64,000 nt of DNA, taken from assembly GCA_038087875.1 (NCBI GenBank), contig JAXLNO010000650.1, forward strand, positions 1 through 64,000. The letters run 5' to 3'. Source of the DNA: Malacoraja senta. Lineage: Eukaryota. A program made the position numbers and the translations under genes. Numbering within the stretch: position 1 is the stretch's first letter; each line of letters starts with the position of its first letter. The notes below the pieces were generated by a model. That model did no database searches and was not told the origin of the DNA. It saw only the letters and a program-made list of their open reading frames with translations. Positions 13,019 through 27,620 of the stretch are shown here, one piece after another.

Positions 13019-15384
13019 AGCCGTAAATGCAATGCAACTTTATTTTCCAATTTAGTTTAAGCAACTAACGTACAATTTCCCATTGGCCCATGTGTTGAGC
13101 CAAAGGGCACGTTTCCGTGACTGATCTATAACTATGATTCTGTAATTTTATTTGGAAAATTGGCAGCAACAACAAATTCCATTCCAATTGGTATTAGTAT
13201 AAAAGAGGGTGAGCAGGAGTAGAATGGACTCTTTGAAAATTAAGAACAGGTTTAATGTCATGAATTATATTGGTATGGGCTTAATATTGTCATGTGTACC
13301 GAGATGGGATCCACATTCAGAGATCATGAAAGTGTTGAGGACAAATACTGAAAATGAATGACATTTAACACTGAAACAGCTGGGGCAAAAGCTGTGCAGC
13401 AGCTGCACAAAGCCCTGGCCAGATTCTAACGGTGGTGAAAGCAGTCATGAGTCAATCAGTATTTATTTGCCATATGCATTGAATATGAATTAGAAAAAAT
13501 ACATTCTTATTTGTTCTGGCTTTGCAAGCACACTAGATGCAACAGCAACAATTATAATGATATAATAAATTATAATTTATCGCAAGTAACCTAGATCACG
13601 ATAGTGCAAACAACCACAGTATATGGAGCAACTATAGTAGTGCAAAATCTGGTGTTGAGGTAGGATTGTGGTTAAGGTGGCACAGGGTGCTGACGGAGTT
13701 AATGGGAAGAAGCTGTTCTGGAACCTGGAGATAACTGATCTCAAGCTCCTGTACCCTCTTCCCAATGGTAGCAGGGAGAAGAGAGCATGGCCAGGGTGGT
13801 GTGGGTCTTTGATGATATTAGCTGCCTCTCTGGAATATATTGACCAGAGCCAACTCCAACAATCGGGCAAAAGATATAGAAGTATGAAAACGCACACCTC
13901 CAGATTCAGGTACAGTTTCTTCCTAGTGGTTATCAGGCAACTGAATCATCCTACCACAACTAGAAAGCAGTCTTGAACTACTATCTACCTCATTGGAGAC
14001 CCTCGGACTATCTTTGATCGGAATTTACTGGCTTACCGTGCACTAAATGTTATTCCCTTATCGTGTATCTATACACTGTAAATGGCTCGATTGTAATCAT
14101 GTATTGTCTTTCTGCTGACTGGTTAGCATGCAACAAAAGCTTTGCACCTTACCTCGTTACACATCACAATAAACTAAACTAAACTGAACCAGGTAGGAAG
14201 GAGGACAGAGTGTGCTGAAGTAACTCAGCGGGTCAGGCAGCATCTTTAGAGAACATAGATAGGTTGTGATAGGAACCGTCAGAAGGGTCCCAACAAGGAA
14301 AGTCACTTATCCATGTTTTCCAGGAAGACTGCCTGACCTGCTGAGTTACTCCAGCATTTTGTGCCTTTTTTGTAAACCAGCAACAGCAGTTCCTTGTTTC
14401 TACAAGGTTGGTGGGAGTCTTATGAAGGTGTGGAGAGAGAGAAACGTTGAAGAAAAGAGTTGCCAGAATGATGCCTGGACACAAAAGGAATTATGGGACA
14501 ATTAAACAAGACGTAGACGATTAAAGGACAATGTTTTCAAGGCTACAGATAGAAAAGGTGGAGACAAGCTACTTCTACTGGCAAGAGAGACTATGATGAA
14601 GAGGTTAGAGCCAGCCATTTTAGGAATAATGCCAGGACACATTTCTACACACAATATCCAGTGGATACTTGGACTCTCTTCCACAATCATTTAGTGCTAC
14701 ATCACTGCTTAATTTTTATTTGGAAAAGGATAGATCTTTGTTAAGAAAAAGGTATTAATGGACACAAAGCAAAGGCGAGCAAATGGGAGTAGGTTGCAGA
14801 TCAGCCATGGGTCTCTGTTGCGCACTGGGTCCTTACATTTGTACTGCAGAGTATTATATAATTTACTTGACCCGGGTGTATCAAAACAGTCAATGCTTAA
14901 CTGCTGGAAGCACTGTTCGTACAACATTGCCATAATTAACCTTGTGTCACAGTGACTTGAAGTGATAGTAATAACACTGACACTTAGCAGTATCAGCGCT
15001 CCCAAAGGAAATCCTATTCCTTGGTTCTCAATCTTGAATTTTAAGGATTTATTTTTTTAAAAGGTTATTTTTTCAATTTGATTTTGCAATGACTGTCATG
15101 AAATGCATTTGCCGCACATTCACCACCTAGTTCTGAGTGTTACTATGTTTTCATCTACATTACTTGTATTCTAAAACTTGTGTATTTGGTGTCTAGTTTT
15201 AAAGACTGGTACTACCCTCATCTGCACTGTCACACATTAATATGATTACCACAAATTATCCACATTCTGAAATGTATAGACTTGTTTATGGTTTATATAT
15301 CCTGTGATTTTTTTTTACCTCATTTAATACTTTCCTGTCACATTGTCAACATCATTTGTAAACATTTATACATCCAACAAGAGA

Positions 15385-15688
15385 GGCATGGTGGCGCAGC
15401 GGTAGAGTTGCTGCCTTACAGCGCTGGAGACCCGGGTTCGATTCCGACTACGGGTGCTGTCTGTACGGAATTTGTATGTTCTCCCCGTGACCGTGTGGGT
15501 TTTCTCCGAGATCTTTAGTCTCCTCCCACACTCCAAGGACGTTAAGGTTTGTTGGTTAATTGGCTTGATATAAATGTAAATTGTCCGTAGTGTGTATAGG
15601 GTAGTGTTAATGTGTGGGGAGCGTTGGTCGGTGCTGACTCGGTGGGCTGAAGAGCCTGTTTCCACGCTGAATCTCTAAACTAAACTAA
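15385..15688 (+). mobile_element. tRNA-derived V-SINE (HE1-like), full length
   Basis: A box GTGGCGCAGCGG, B box GGTTCGATTCC, central GTTCTCCCCGTG...CCTCCCACA domain, CR1-like tail (CTAAA)n. Confidence 0.9.
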
Positions 15689-17947
15689 GTGTGTTTAACT
15701 ATCTCCCTTCATGGTTAACGGAAGTATCGATGTTGGGATCGCCGCCTTTGACATATTGAGGATTGAGTGGGAGAGAGGAAATTGATAATTAACTGCACCA
15801 ACCAGCCACAAAAGCTGACTATCGAGTGGCAGGTTATTCATCTCCTGATTGCCCGAGGCCGTTCCACCACCTGCAAGGCATGTCTGCACAAGTCAGGTAT
15901 GTGACGGACTACTCCTTAGTACCCTGGGGGAGGGTGGCAGTAGCAGGAAACTTGCACTGTACAGGACGAAACAGCCTACTGGGTTGGCAACGCCACCCAC
16001 CATCCATTACTTTCACTCTGTCTATCACTAGTCAGTAGCACCTTCTGTGAACACCATCTCCAAGAGGATCTAAGAAACAAGGAACTGTTATCAACTTTCT
16101 CTAACCATCTGCCTATCAAAAAACCCTCCTCATCTGTATCAACCTATTACCTGCCCGGCTTTGTCCTGCCCCTTCTCTTTTCCAGCGTTCTTTCCCCTCC
16201 CCCCTACAATCAGTCTGATGAAGGGTCCTAACCCGAATCGTCATCTATCCATCTTCTCCAGAGATGCTGCCTGACCCACTGAGGTACTCTAACATTTTGT
16301 ATTTCCGAGAGGAATTCAGTAGTCAGAGAGTCATACCGCACAGATATGGGCCATCCACCCCAACTCATCCATGCCGACTAAGATGCCCCATCTAAGCTAT
16401 TCCCATTTGTCTGCATTTGGCCCATATTCCTATAAATCTTTCCAATCCATGGACTTGTCCATTTTTTTTAAAGCAGAGATTGACAGATTCTTGGTTAGTG
16501 AGGGTGTCAGGGGTTATGGGGAGAAGGCATGAGAATGGGGTTGAAAGGAAAAGATAGATCAGCCATGATTGAAAGGTGGAGTAGACGTGATGGGCCGAAT
16601 GACCTAATTCTGCTCCTAGAACTTATGAACTTATGTCCTTGTCTCTTGTAAATGCTCTGATAGTATCTACCTCAACTACCCCGTTCTATATATCCACCAC
16701 CCTCTGAGAGAAAAAGTTGCCCCTCAGGTTCCTATTACATCGTCCCTCTCATCTTAAACGTCCTCCTGTTATTGATTCCCCTACCCTGACTCACATTCAG
16801 CAGCATCTCCTGAACGTGCGCCTTTTACGGTCTCGGTAAACAAGGACAGAAAGAATATGGGAACAGCACCACCTGCAGAAACCCCTCCAAATCGAACACC
16901 ATCTTGTCTTGAAATTACTCGCCACCTTTTCTGGATTCAAGTCTTGGAACTCCTCACTCAACACCACTTTCACTACAAGTGTATTGCAGTGGTTAACGAG
17001 CATTGCTTACCACATGAACCTGGCCAGTGTCCAGAATTGGCTACACACCTTCCTGGATAAGCTCTAATGATTTATTTTTGGATTTTTTTTTAAACACAGG
17101 TAGGGCGTAGCCTGATATAAGCCTTTCCCCATTGAATGAGATCCACTCCAGCTTCTCAAATGGGAGAACAAGTGCAGATTGCTGGAGAATACAATCTGTG
17201 GGCCAATAGGGCTTTTAACTCTTATCTCAAATATGGTGGGTTGATACATCGTTAACATGAAGATGGCTCAGCAATTTTTAATCAACCCCACTCAGCAGAA
17301 ACCTTCCATCTATGAGACGTGTTAGATCTTTATCTCTCAGAAACTGCAGATTACATGATAGTGGAATTCATTGTCACAGAAGGCGGTGGAGGCCAAGTCA
17401 TTGGGTATTTTTAAGGCGGAGTATTGACAGATTCTTGATTAGTGAGAGTATCAAGGGTTATGATGAGAAGGCAGAAGAATGTAGTTGAGAGGGAAAGATA
17501 GATCAGCCATGACTGAATGGCAGAGCAGACTTGATGGGCCGAATGGCCTGATACTGCTCCTATGACTTGAACTTATTAACTTATGTTCGGATTTAAAACA
17601 TCAAAATGACCGTCTTCCTTCTTGCTCGCAAGACTAAGAATGTATCTAGGTGGAGGAGGGGGGTAGAGGCCCTTATCATTTATTTTAGTTTGGAGATACA
17701 GCATGGAAACAGTCCCTTCAGCCCACCGAGTCCATGTCAAGCATTGATCACCTGCTCACGCTACTTCTATGTTCTCCCACTTTCTCATCCACTCCCCACA
17801 CATTTTTTGGGGCAGAGGGTCAAAATTCTACAATGCTTCTCTTATTGGAGGAGTAAATAATGCGAGAGTTTCAGAACAGGCAGTAATATTAGAGGTGTAG
17901 AAACAGGATGCTGGTTTACAAAAACTGCTACTTGAGCAGCTACTTTG

Positions 17948-18240
17948 GGCGGCACAGTGGCATAATAGTAGAGTTGCTGCCTTACAGCGCTAGAGACCTG
18001 GATTCAAACCTGACTATGGGTGCTATCTGTACAGTTTGTACATTTTCCCTGTGACCACAAGGGCTTTCTCTGGATGCTCCACACTCCAAAGACGTACAGG
18101 TTTATAGATTAATTTGGCGTTGGTAAAAATTGTAAATTGTCTCTAAAGTGTAGGAGTGTGCTAGTGTACGGGGATTGCTGGTTGGTGCCAAACGGCCTGT
18201 TTCCGCATTGTATCTCTAAACTAAATATCTCTAAATTAAA
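17948..18240 (+). mobile_element. V-SINE (HE1-like)
   Basis: Same family. Confidence 0.85.
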
Positions 18241-18807
18241 TTCGAGCACTTTGTGACTTTATTTGCAGTTACCCCAGCACTAATATTTGAGAGCTAACTG
18301 TTAGAAAATCTCGTGTGAAGAAGGGTCTCGACCTGAAGCGTCACCCATTCCTTCTCTCCAGGGATGCTGTCTGCCCCGCTGAGTTACTCCAGCATATTGT
18401 GTCGAACGTATATTAGAAAACCTCCTTCACTGCCTCTGCTACTATCTCTATTAGTCAGATCTGTACTATTAAATAAGTGAATACTTAATAACACCGGCAT
18501 TTTGTAGAGAAGATGCTGGCTAACTCAGCATCCTTTGCCCATCCTGAACTGCCCTTGAATGTTGCTGTTAGACATAGATTGAAATTGACAGATTTCCTAC
18601 AAAGGAAACCAGTAAACCAATTGACCTCTTATCACTGTTGTGATCACCACTACTGACAGCAGCTTTTATCCCCCAATGTGTCAATGTTAATTTTACTTCC
18701 AGAATTTAAACTCCCTAGCTGCCACTGTAAGATTGGGACTAGCATCTCCAGATCATGCTTCCAAATACAAGCCCAGTAATTTCACCCCCCCCCCCCAATT
18801 CCTTATC

Positions 18808-19125
18808 GCGGCACAGTTGTGCAGCTGGTAGAGCTGCTGCGTCACAGCACCAGAGACCAGGGTTCAATCCTGACCCCGGGTGCTGTCTGTGTGGAGTTTG
18901 TACGTTCTCCCTGTCAGTGCATGGGTTTCCTCTGGGTGCTCCAGTTTCCTCCGACATCCCAAAGACATGCGAGTTTGTAAGTTAATTGGTTTCTGTAAAA
19001 TTGCCCCTGGTGTATTGGGAATGGATGCAAAAGTGGAATACCATGGAACTAGTGCGTCCAGGTGATCGATGGTCGACGTGGACTAGGTGGGCCTAAGGAC
19101 CTCAAGCTGTATCTCTGAAACTAAA
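18808..19125 (+). mobile_element. V-SINE (HE1-like)
   Basis: Same family. Confidence 0.8.
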
Positions 19126-19210
19126 TCTTTCAATCAATCAATCTCATAATTAATGATCAACTGGATTTCAATAGATCCTCCCCTTAACTTGGTGCATGAC
19201 TGCTTAGTGC

Positions 19211-19490
19211 CAAGTCAAGTCAAGTCACATTTATTTATATAGCACATTTAAAAAACAACTCTCGTTGGCCAAAGTGCTTTACATTTGTTATAAGAATAGC
19301 ATAAACAAAACAAACTAGATACATATATACATGTAGCCCTCACTCAGAGGATGTCAGGAAAGGCTTGGGAGTATAGATAAGTCTTTAGTCTTGACTTAAA
19401 AGAGTCGATGGAGGGGGCGGTTCTGATGGGAAAGGGGATGCTGTTCCACAGTCTAGGGGCTGCAACCGCAAAGGCGCGGTCGCCCCTGAG
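19211..19490 (-). mobile_element. L2-clade LINE 3' end
   Basis: Minus translation RGDRAFAVAAPRLWNSIPFPIRTAPSIDSFKSRLKTYLY; (GACTT)n tail. Confidence 0.8.
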
Positions 19491-19569
19491 TAGTCAAAAC
19501 ATTAACAGACAATAGAGATATACAGTAAGAAAATTGGCCCTACAGCCCATCAAATCTCCCTCAAGCACC

Positions 19570-20068
19570 ACACTAATCATACATTAATTCTAAATTTTAT
19601 TCTTCCTATGTTCTCATCAACATCCTCCAAATTCTACCACTCACCTGCATGTCAGGGGCAATTTACAGTGGATGATTAACATATCGATGGAAAGTTCTTT
19701 GGAATGTAGCAGGAAATCAGATCAAACCCATGCAGTCACTGGGAGAAGGTGAAAACTCCACACAGACAGCTTAGAGATCAGGGTTGAACCTGGGTCTCCG
19801 GCACAGTGAGGCAGCGGCACTGTCAGCTGCACCACTAGGCGGCACAGTGGCGCAGCGGTAGAGTTGCTGCCTTACAACGGCAGAGACCTGGGTTTGATCC
19901 TGACCTCAGGTTCCCACCCACACACCAAAGACGTACAGGTTTGTAGGTTCATTGGCTTCAGCAAAGATTGTGAATTGTCCCTAGTGTGTAGGATAGTGCT
20001 AGTGTACGGGAATCGCTGGTCGGCACTGACTCGGTGTTTCCGCACTGTATCTCTAAACTAAACCAAAC
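19570..20068. mobile_element. Two head-to-head V-SINEs (minus to about 19836, plus from 19838)
   Basis: Abutting tRNA-like heads in opposite orientation. Confidence 0.8.
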
Positions 20069-20779
20069 ACTGTGCAGATTGGACTACTGTGTTTGGTTTG
20101 AACATAGGAATAAAAGAACCGGATTAGGTAATCAGTCCCGAGGATGTTCTACCCTGTCATAAGATCAAAACTATTCCAATCTTAGCCTAAATACCAACTT
20201 TCCACTTCTCAGCTTCCCTGTCATTTAAAAGCATCTGTCAATCTCCATTTTATGCATTCAATGCTTATTAGGATGATGTTTATTGTCACGTGTACCGAAG
20301 AACAGCAAAAAACTTTGCTTTGAATGCTACACAATCAGATAATACTATACACAAATACAATCAACCCAAACTCAAGTACAATAGGTAGAGTAAAGGGAAA
20401 GATACCAAGTGCAGAATATTGTAGCATTGTAGTGCATCTGTTCCATAGACAAAGTCCAATGTCTGCAGACGTGAATTGGACAGTACCTTATCTTACGGAA
20501 GATGGGTTTGTTGTCGTTGATCAACTGGACTCTGACAACATACATTCATTTTCCAGACAAACTTTATTTACTTGTGCACAAGGAGAGCAGTTACTGTACT
20601 ACTCCGAAATTCTACTCAGAACAGTCAGCTTTTATACAGATACAGAAAGTATCTCACAAGATTGGGGTAGCTGGATTTAATGGGGGTGAGAGACAAGGAC
20701 CATTTACCAACAGGTGTCAAAATTTGGCACCACTATTTAAAGACCAAGTTGGCCCAACAACAACAGATATCCCTTGGAT

Positions 20780-22490
20780 CATGAGTGTCGGGAAGCTATT
20801 GGCGAGGGTTCATTGGAATAGGATTTACTCATATTTGGAAGAGAATGGGATAATTAGCAAGAGTTAGCATGGCTTTGTCCATAAGAAAATACAAAATGCT
20901 GGAGTAATTCAGCGGATCAGGCAGCATCTCTGGAGAACACGGATTGGTGACGTTTCAGGACTGGAATTTTCCACAGATGACCTACCTCGACCAATGAAGT
21001 CAAACATAGCATACACCATGCTGACAGTCCCTAATCCATGGTAGGTCGTGTCTTAATTAAATTGTATTGAGGAAGTGACAAAGCTAATTGATGAGGGTTT
21101 GGACATTGGATGTTGTTTAGTTTAGTTTAGAGATACAGCGTGGAAACAAGCTCTTCGGCCCACCTGGTCCGTACCGACCAGCGAACTCCGCACATTAACA
21201 CTATCCTACACTGGGGACAATTTTTACATTGATACCAAGCCAATTAACCTACAAACCTGTGTAGGCGTGTGGGAGGAAACCGTAGTTCTCGGAGAAAACC
21301 CACGCTGGACACGGGGAGCCGTACAGACAGCACCCATAGCCAGGATCGAACGCGGGTTTCTGGTGCTGTAAGCGCTGTGAGGTAGCAACTCTACCGCTGC
21401 GCCACCATGCCTGCATGGATTTTAGTAAGGTATTCGATAAAGCCCCTCATGATGGACTGATTCAGAAGATTATGATGCATGGTACAGATGGTGATTTGGT
21501 AGTTTCGATTCAGAACTATCTTATCCATAAAAGACAAAGGATAGTGGTGGAAGGGAGTTATTCTGGCTGGAGGTCCATGACCAGCGATATTTCTCAGTGA
21601 TCTGTGTTAGATACTTTGCTCGTTATATTTAAATGACATAAATAAATGTAGACAGGTTGGTTGATAAGTTTGCAGACAACACCAAAATTGATGGAGTTGC
21701 AGACAGTAAGGAAGATTGTCAAAGAATACAGCAGGATTTAGATCAGTTATAGATATGGGCAGAGAAAGGATAGATGGAGTTTAATCTGAACAAATGTGAG
21801 GTGTTGGGAGGTTGAATGCAAAGGGAACATGTGCATTTAATGGCAAGATCCTTAACAGCATTGACAGTGGGGTATTAGGGTCCAAATTCATAGTCCCCTA
21901 AAAGTGGCAATGCAAATAGATAGAGAGGTAAAGGAGGTGTATGATATGCTTGCTTTAATTGGTTCAAGCATTGAACATAAGAGTCAGGAAGTCATGTTGC
22001 AACTTTATAAACCAGTGTTTAGGCCACATTTAGAGTATTGTGTACAGTTCTGGTCATCTGATATGGAGGGTTTGGAGAAGGTGCAGACAAGATTTACTGA
22101 ATTCTGCCTGGATTCGAGAGATTATCTATAAGGAGAGGTTGGACAAACTTGGATTATTTTCTTTGGTGTGTGAGAAGTTGAGAGGAGACATGATTGAAGT
22201 ATATAGAATTATGAGAGGTATAGATAGGTAAGACAGTCAGAACATTTCTCCCAGAGTCAAAGACGAGAGGGCATAGCCTCAATGTCAAAGGGGGAAAGTT
22301 TCAAGGAGATGCACGGGGCAGGTTTTGTTTTACTCTGACGTGGTGGGTGCCTGAAAAGCACTATCAGGGGTGGTGATGCAGATACAAGAGCAGCAATTAA
22401 GAGGCTTTTGGATAGGCACATGGATATGCAGGGGATTTTGGCATGGACATTGTTAGGCGACTATTGCCGGTTCCTGTGGCGTACTGTTCT
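20780..22490 (+). mobile_element. Degenerate CR1 LINE (RT to 3' end), interrupted by a SINE and a Penelope-derived unit
   Basis: [40 protein letters not shown]. Confidence 0.85.
21115..21410 (-). mobile_element. V-SINE nested in CR1
   Basis: Same family; interrupts the CR1 RT just before MDFSK. Confidence 0.85.
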
Positions 22491-23514
22491 ATATTCTTAA
22501 TAAGGTCACGGTTTCCTCGAAATACTCTTGCAAGAAAAGTTACACGAGAAGTGATATTATTCTGCAGAGGTTTTTCCCAAAGAAGTCATGCTGGGGTCAC
22601 AAGGGTGACTCAAGGAGGAACTGAAAACAAAACACTCAGTAGATCAGGCATCAGACATCTGGAGAGAACCATGGTTAACATTTGGGGTCAAGAATCTCAC
22701 ATCAAAACTGGGAAGAGCTCCAAATGGAAAAAGTTTTGAGATGTGGAAAAAAAAAAAGTGGGATTGGGGGGTGAAAGAACCAAAAGGAAATTCTGTGAGG
22801 AATTGAACGGGCCAAGTGATGTCTGTGAGAGGATGGGAAGGTTTACCAGGGCATGAATATAATCGGAAATATCAGAACAGGAGAAAGAAAAAAATAATTG
22901 TTGGAAATCTGAGATACAAGAGAGGAATTATTAATTTAATGTTGAGTCCTTAGGGGTGTGTACTCTCGGGTCAGGTAAGGTTCTTTCAATTTATGCTGAC
23001 ATTCGTTGGAACACTACAAGAGGACAAGGGCAATTAAGAAGACAGGCAACTGGAATTTTAGTCACCATTGCACCATCTCCATTCCTCTCCCCTCAGCAAT
23101 TCTTCTCCAGCACTAGAACTTGTTTCATTTGCATCCAGCCTGACAAAAGGTCATTGTTAAATTATAAGAATAAATAGAGAACTATATTGTTAATCGCAAG
23201 TACCACATCAGTCACTGATGCACTATATTTTGTATAAAGAAAGCACACTGAATCATTTGCTGACCACGTGATCTGAACACTGCAGAATAAACAAATTGTT
23301 GAGCCACAGATCTTGCTCTGGAAATCTAATTAACAAAACCATGCCCTGGTAAACAAATGAGGGCACCATCATCCACCCCAAACATTCTCTGTTTTCTCTC
23401 TCCCCCTCAGCAGACGCTGCCTGGCCCACTAAGCTTGTTCCCATTTCCAGCACCCGCTTTGAATCACAACACTGAACAGCGAGTCAAATTTTCCACGTAA
23501 TGCTAAACAATCGA

Positions 23515-23772
23515 GCGGCATGATGGCGAAGCGGTAGAATTGCTGCCTTACAGCGCCAGAGGCCTGGGTTTGATCCTGACCACGGGCGCTGTGTGTTAGG
23601 CATTTGTACGTTCTCCCCGAGACTGTGTTTTATCCGGGTGCTCCAGTTTCCTCCCACATTCCAAAGACGTGCAGGTTTGTAGGTTAATTGGCTTTGTAAA
23701 ATGTCCATATTGCTGGTCGGCATGGGCTCAGTGGGACGAAGGGCCTGTTTCCACCCAGTATTTCCAATCTAA
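23515..23772 (+). mobile_element. V-SINE (HE1-like)
   Basis: Same family. Confidence 0.8.
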
Positions 23773-24459
23773 AAGTCTTTACTCTGTTTTGTACATGGAA
23801 GAAAATTAAATTGCGTAAGACCAGGCAGAGAAAATAAATGCATTATTCCAAGACGAATGGTTCAATAGTTAGTTTATTGTCATAAATCTCGATACAGTGA
23901 AATGCTTTGTTCGACATACAATCCAGTAAAATCATATTATACATAAGCACAATCCTACATAAGAGTGCAACGATTGTTGTGTAAAATAAATACTAGCTTT
24001 CTTCTGAGGCAGTACACAAAGAGTCACACGTTTCCAGCTCCATCTTGTACCTTTCAAGAATCGTTCTTAACAAACATAGTCTTATTTTAGCTTTAAAAGG
24101 TCCGTTGTCCTGGCGGCACACTGGGTCAGTGATGCAGGAGTTGGCCTGGCAATGCAGTCGGTGTCTTCCACCACCGCTGCAGGCTTCGTCCGATCCTCGC
24201 CCTCGTCCGACTTTCGTGGGACTTCCAGCGGCATTTGATCCACACTATTCCCCGATGGCTGCACGGCCTCCAGCGGCCAACTCCACCGCTACCTCAACCA
24301 CCGCAAACGCGCCATCTCCTCCCATGGCCACCGCTCCTCTTCCAAGCACCAAGGTCGCCATTACTCTCTTCCCGTAGCTGACCTCGAAACTCATTGAGCG
24401 CTTCCATAGTCGCGGGATGTGAGCTCAAAGGGACCAAACTTCCCCTACTGCCATCTTTA

Positions 24460-25095
24460 TTAGTCATAGGAGCAGAATTAGGCCATCGTGTCTACTGCAC
24501 CATTCAATCATGGCTAATCCATCTGTCCCTCTCAACCCCATTCTCCTGCCTTCTCCCCATGACCCCTGACACCCTTACTAATTAAGAATTGGCCAATCTC
24601 CACTTAAAAAATTCCCAATGACGCCCTCCACAGTCATCTATGGCAATGAATTCCACAGATTCACCACCCTCTGACTAAAGAAATTCCTCCTCATCTCCTT
24701 TCTAAAGGTACGTCCTTTTATTTTGAGGCTGTGCGCTCTGCTCCTCGACTCTCCCTAGACTGCTCCTAGTGGAAATATCCTCTCCACATTCACTCTATCC
24801 AGGCCTTTCACTATTTGGTAAGTTGCAATAAGGTTTTCCCCTCATCCTTCTAAACCCCAGCGAGTACAGGCCTAGTGCTGTCACATGTTCGTCATACATT
24901 AATCCAATCATCCCCGGGAACATTCTCGTAAACCTCCTATGGATCCTCTCCAAAGACAGCACACCCCTCCGCAGATAAGGTTCCCACTACTGCCCACAAA
25001 ACTCCAAATGTGGTCTGACCATTGCATTATACCTCAGCATTACATCCCTGTTTTTATACTCTAGCCCTTGCGAAATAAATGCTAACATTGCATTT
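24460..25095 (-). mobile_element. CR1 LINE 3' fragment
   Basis: Similar to the 3' parts of the other CR1 copies in the window. Confidence 0.75.
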
Positions 25096-25127
25096 ACCTG
25101 AAATAAATGCGAACACTTATCACATGT

Positions 25128-25155
25128 CTGAAGAAGGGTCTCGACCCGAAACATC
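25128..25155 (+). ncRNA. Minimal hammerhead ribozyme core (Penelope-type), one substitution
   Basis: CTGAAGA-A-GGGTC(TC)GACCC-GAAAC-ATC. Confidence 0.5.
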
Positions 25156-26154
25156 ACCCATTCCTTCTTTCCAGCGATGCTGCCTGTCCTGCTGAGTTAC
25201 TCCAGCTTTTTATGTCTATCTTCGGTTTAAACCAGCATCTGCAGTTCCTTCATTACACTTATCATCTTGGTACAAGATTATCATCACATCACTGTCCATG
25301 GGATCCGGTTGTGTAGAATCACCTGCACTGTTCTCTATATAAGATCTACACTTTGTTGGCTGTGAAGTATTTTGGAACAAACAAAGGTAATTAAGGCCTC
25401 TTTGTAAATGTAAGGTCTTTCCTTTATAGTTTGCACTTTAGCACAGAGAGCAGATCGTGGTGCATTGCATTTTAAACAGCCTGCGAGCTAGCTTTCATCT
25501 AGTATATATGGTGAAGCCCCATCATTACTAAAACCTCAATTTGTTAACTCTGATGCTCAAATATAGAATGGCAATAGCAGCACAGCATCTGAGCATCTTC
25601 CAGTGTTTCATCAGTTAAAAATGTCAGTATTTGACCTTCTAGATTGCTTCACGAGTGGATGATTTTCACAGAATCATTAACCCTTTTCAAAAACTCATAC
25701 TGCATGTCTAAAGAATCTGGGTCTTTTGATCCCTGCTTATCATGAGTGACTCTTAGAACACAGAATGATACAGCACAGGAACTGGCCCTTCAGCCCACAA
25801 TGTCTGTGCCGAACATGATGCCAAGACCTACTCATCTGCCTGCACGTAATCCATATCTCTCCAGTCTCTTCATATCCAACTGCTACCCAAAAGTCTTTTA
25901 AATGCCACGATCGTATAAGCCTCAACAACTGCTATCTGGCAGCGCATTCCAGGTACTCACCACACTCTATGGAAAAAAAAAATTGGCCTGCCCATCAACT
26001 TTAAACTTTGCATTCTCTAGTAGTTGATTTTTCCATCCTGGTTCAAGAGCCAAGTGTCCCAGATAGAACAATGATATTCTTACTTGCTGCAGCACAACAG
26101 AATATGTAAACATAATACACTGTAAGCAATATAAGCGAGAGAGAGAAAAGTTCA

Positions 26155-26265
26155 GTGTGTATATATATACACACACATACTCACAAGTTTATATATATAT
26201 ATATACACACACATACACATATATATATATTTATTTATTACACACATATCCATATACATATATCT

Positions 26266-26321
<56 letters not shown>

Positions 26322-26335
26322 TATACATACATACA
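26155..26335. repeat. (TA)n/(CA)n compound microsatellite
   Basis: Direct reading; lies in a Rex-type LINE tail. Confidence 0.95.
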
Positions 26336-26951
26336 TCTATATTACTAAAAGGCTGATCTTGACCACTTCCTGTTGTTCTGTATATTGATTTGAGAAAAAT
26401 GCTGGCACTTACGGCTGTGATTTTTGGCCATCTTACTCAGAGTCCCCCTCTGCTGCGCAGGACAAGAGGATTTTTCCCATCGATGAAAAATAAATGAGTT
26501 ATTTGTGTTTAAAAAATGTTTAGATTCTCTCTCCTGAAGGCCACGCCCCTTCCGGAGGGACCATAAAACCCGCAAGTGTTGACTGCCTCAGTCAGTCTCT
26601 GCAAGATGGGGGAGTGAGAGGGTCATGTATGTCTGTCTGAGCTGTGAGTAACACTGAACACATGTCTACTAAACTGTGAGTGGTTTTACTGACCTGTCAG
26701 TGCCCTTAATGTGGTTTGAAAATATAGTTTGGAAATGCTAAAGCCGTGTTGCCTTTGGTTTGGAAATGCTAAAGCTGTGTTGCCTTTGGTTTAGAAATGC
26801 TAAAGCTGTGTTGCCTACATAAAGTTCTTGCCTAATTAAAGTTGCCTTGCCTTCTATATAATTAAAAGTCTAATCTTGACACACTTCCTGTTTGCGCTTT
26901 ATATTGATTTTAGAAAAAACGCTACCACGTACGGCTGTGATTTTTGGCCAT
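26336..26951 (+). mobile_element. Helitron-like 5' part with an internally repeated 5' end
   Basis: A|TCTATATTACTAAAAGGCTGATCTTG resembles the 5' end of the 33628-34957 Helitron; second similar start at about 26853; about 3 short tandem units at 26725-26815. Confidence 0.65.
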
Positions 26952-27109
26952 CCCTGTATCCCTTCGTTATCACCTCTTCCCCAGCTAACAATGGGCCATT
27001 ATGAGTTCCACCCTTTCTTGGTCATCTGCTGGCTAGCCTTTTTCTACCTCCAGTCCCCCCCACCCCTACTTTCAGTCTGAAGAAAGGTTCTCACCTGATA
27101 CGTCACCAT

Positions 27110-27620
27110 TGCTATTGAGGGAATGCAGCATAGGTTCACGAGGTTAATTCCCGGGATGGCGGGACAGTCATATGATAAAATAATGGAATGACTGGGCTTG
27201 TATTCACTGGAATTTAGAAGTATGAGAGAGGCTCTTATAGAAACATGTAAAATTATTAAGGGATTGGACAAGTTTGATGCAGGAAACATGTTCCCGATGT
27301 TGGGGGAGTCCAGAACCAGAGGCCACATTTTAATAATAAGGGGTAGGCCATTTAGAACTGAGATGAGGAAAACATTTTCACCCAGAGAGTTGTGAATTTG
27401 TGGAATTCTCTGCCTCAGAAGGCAATGGAGGCCGATTCACTGGATGCATTCAAAAGAGAGTTAGATACTCTTAGGGCTAGCGGAATCAAAGGATATGGGG
27501 AGAAGGCAGGAACGGCGTACTGATTGTGGATGATCAGCAATGATCACATGGAATGGTGGTGCTGGCTCGAAGGGCCGAATGGCCTACTCCTGCACCTATT
27601 TTTTATGTTTCTACGTTTCT
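27110..27620 (+). mobile_element. CR1 LINE 3' fragment inserted in a Penelope-derived unit
   Basis: YSLEFR..LIETCKIIKGLD..ESRTRGH; splits the host unit after CGTCACC. Confidence 0.8.

Noticed and set aside
15385..15455. tRNA gene (also the other A/B-box heads)
   Set aside because: Continues into SINE body and tail; no complete cloverleaf.
26155..26388. His/Ile/Tyr/Thr-rich ORFs
   Set aside because: Translation of a microsatellite.
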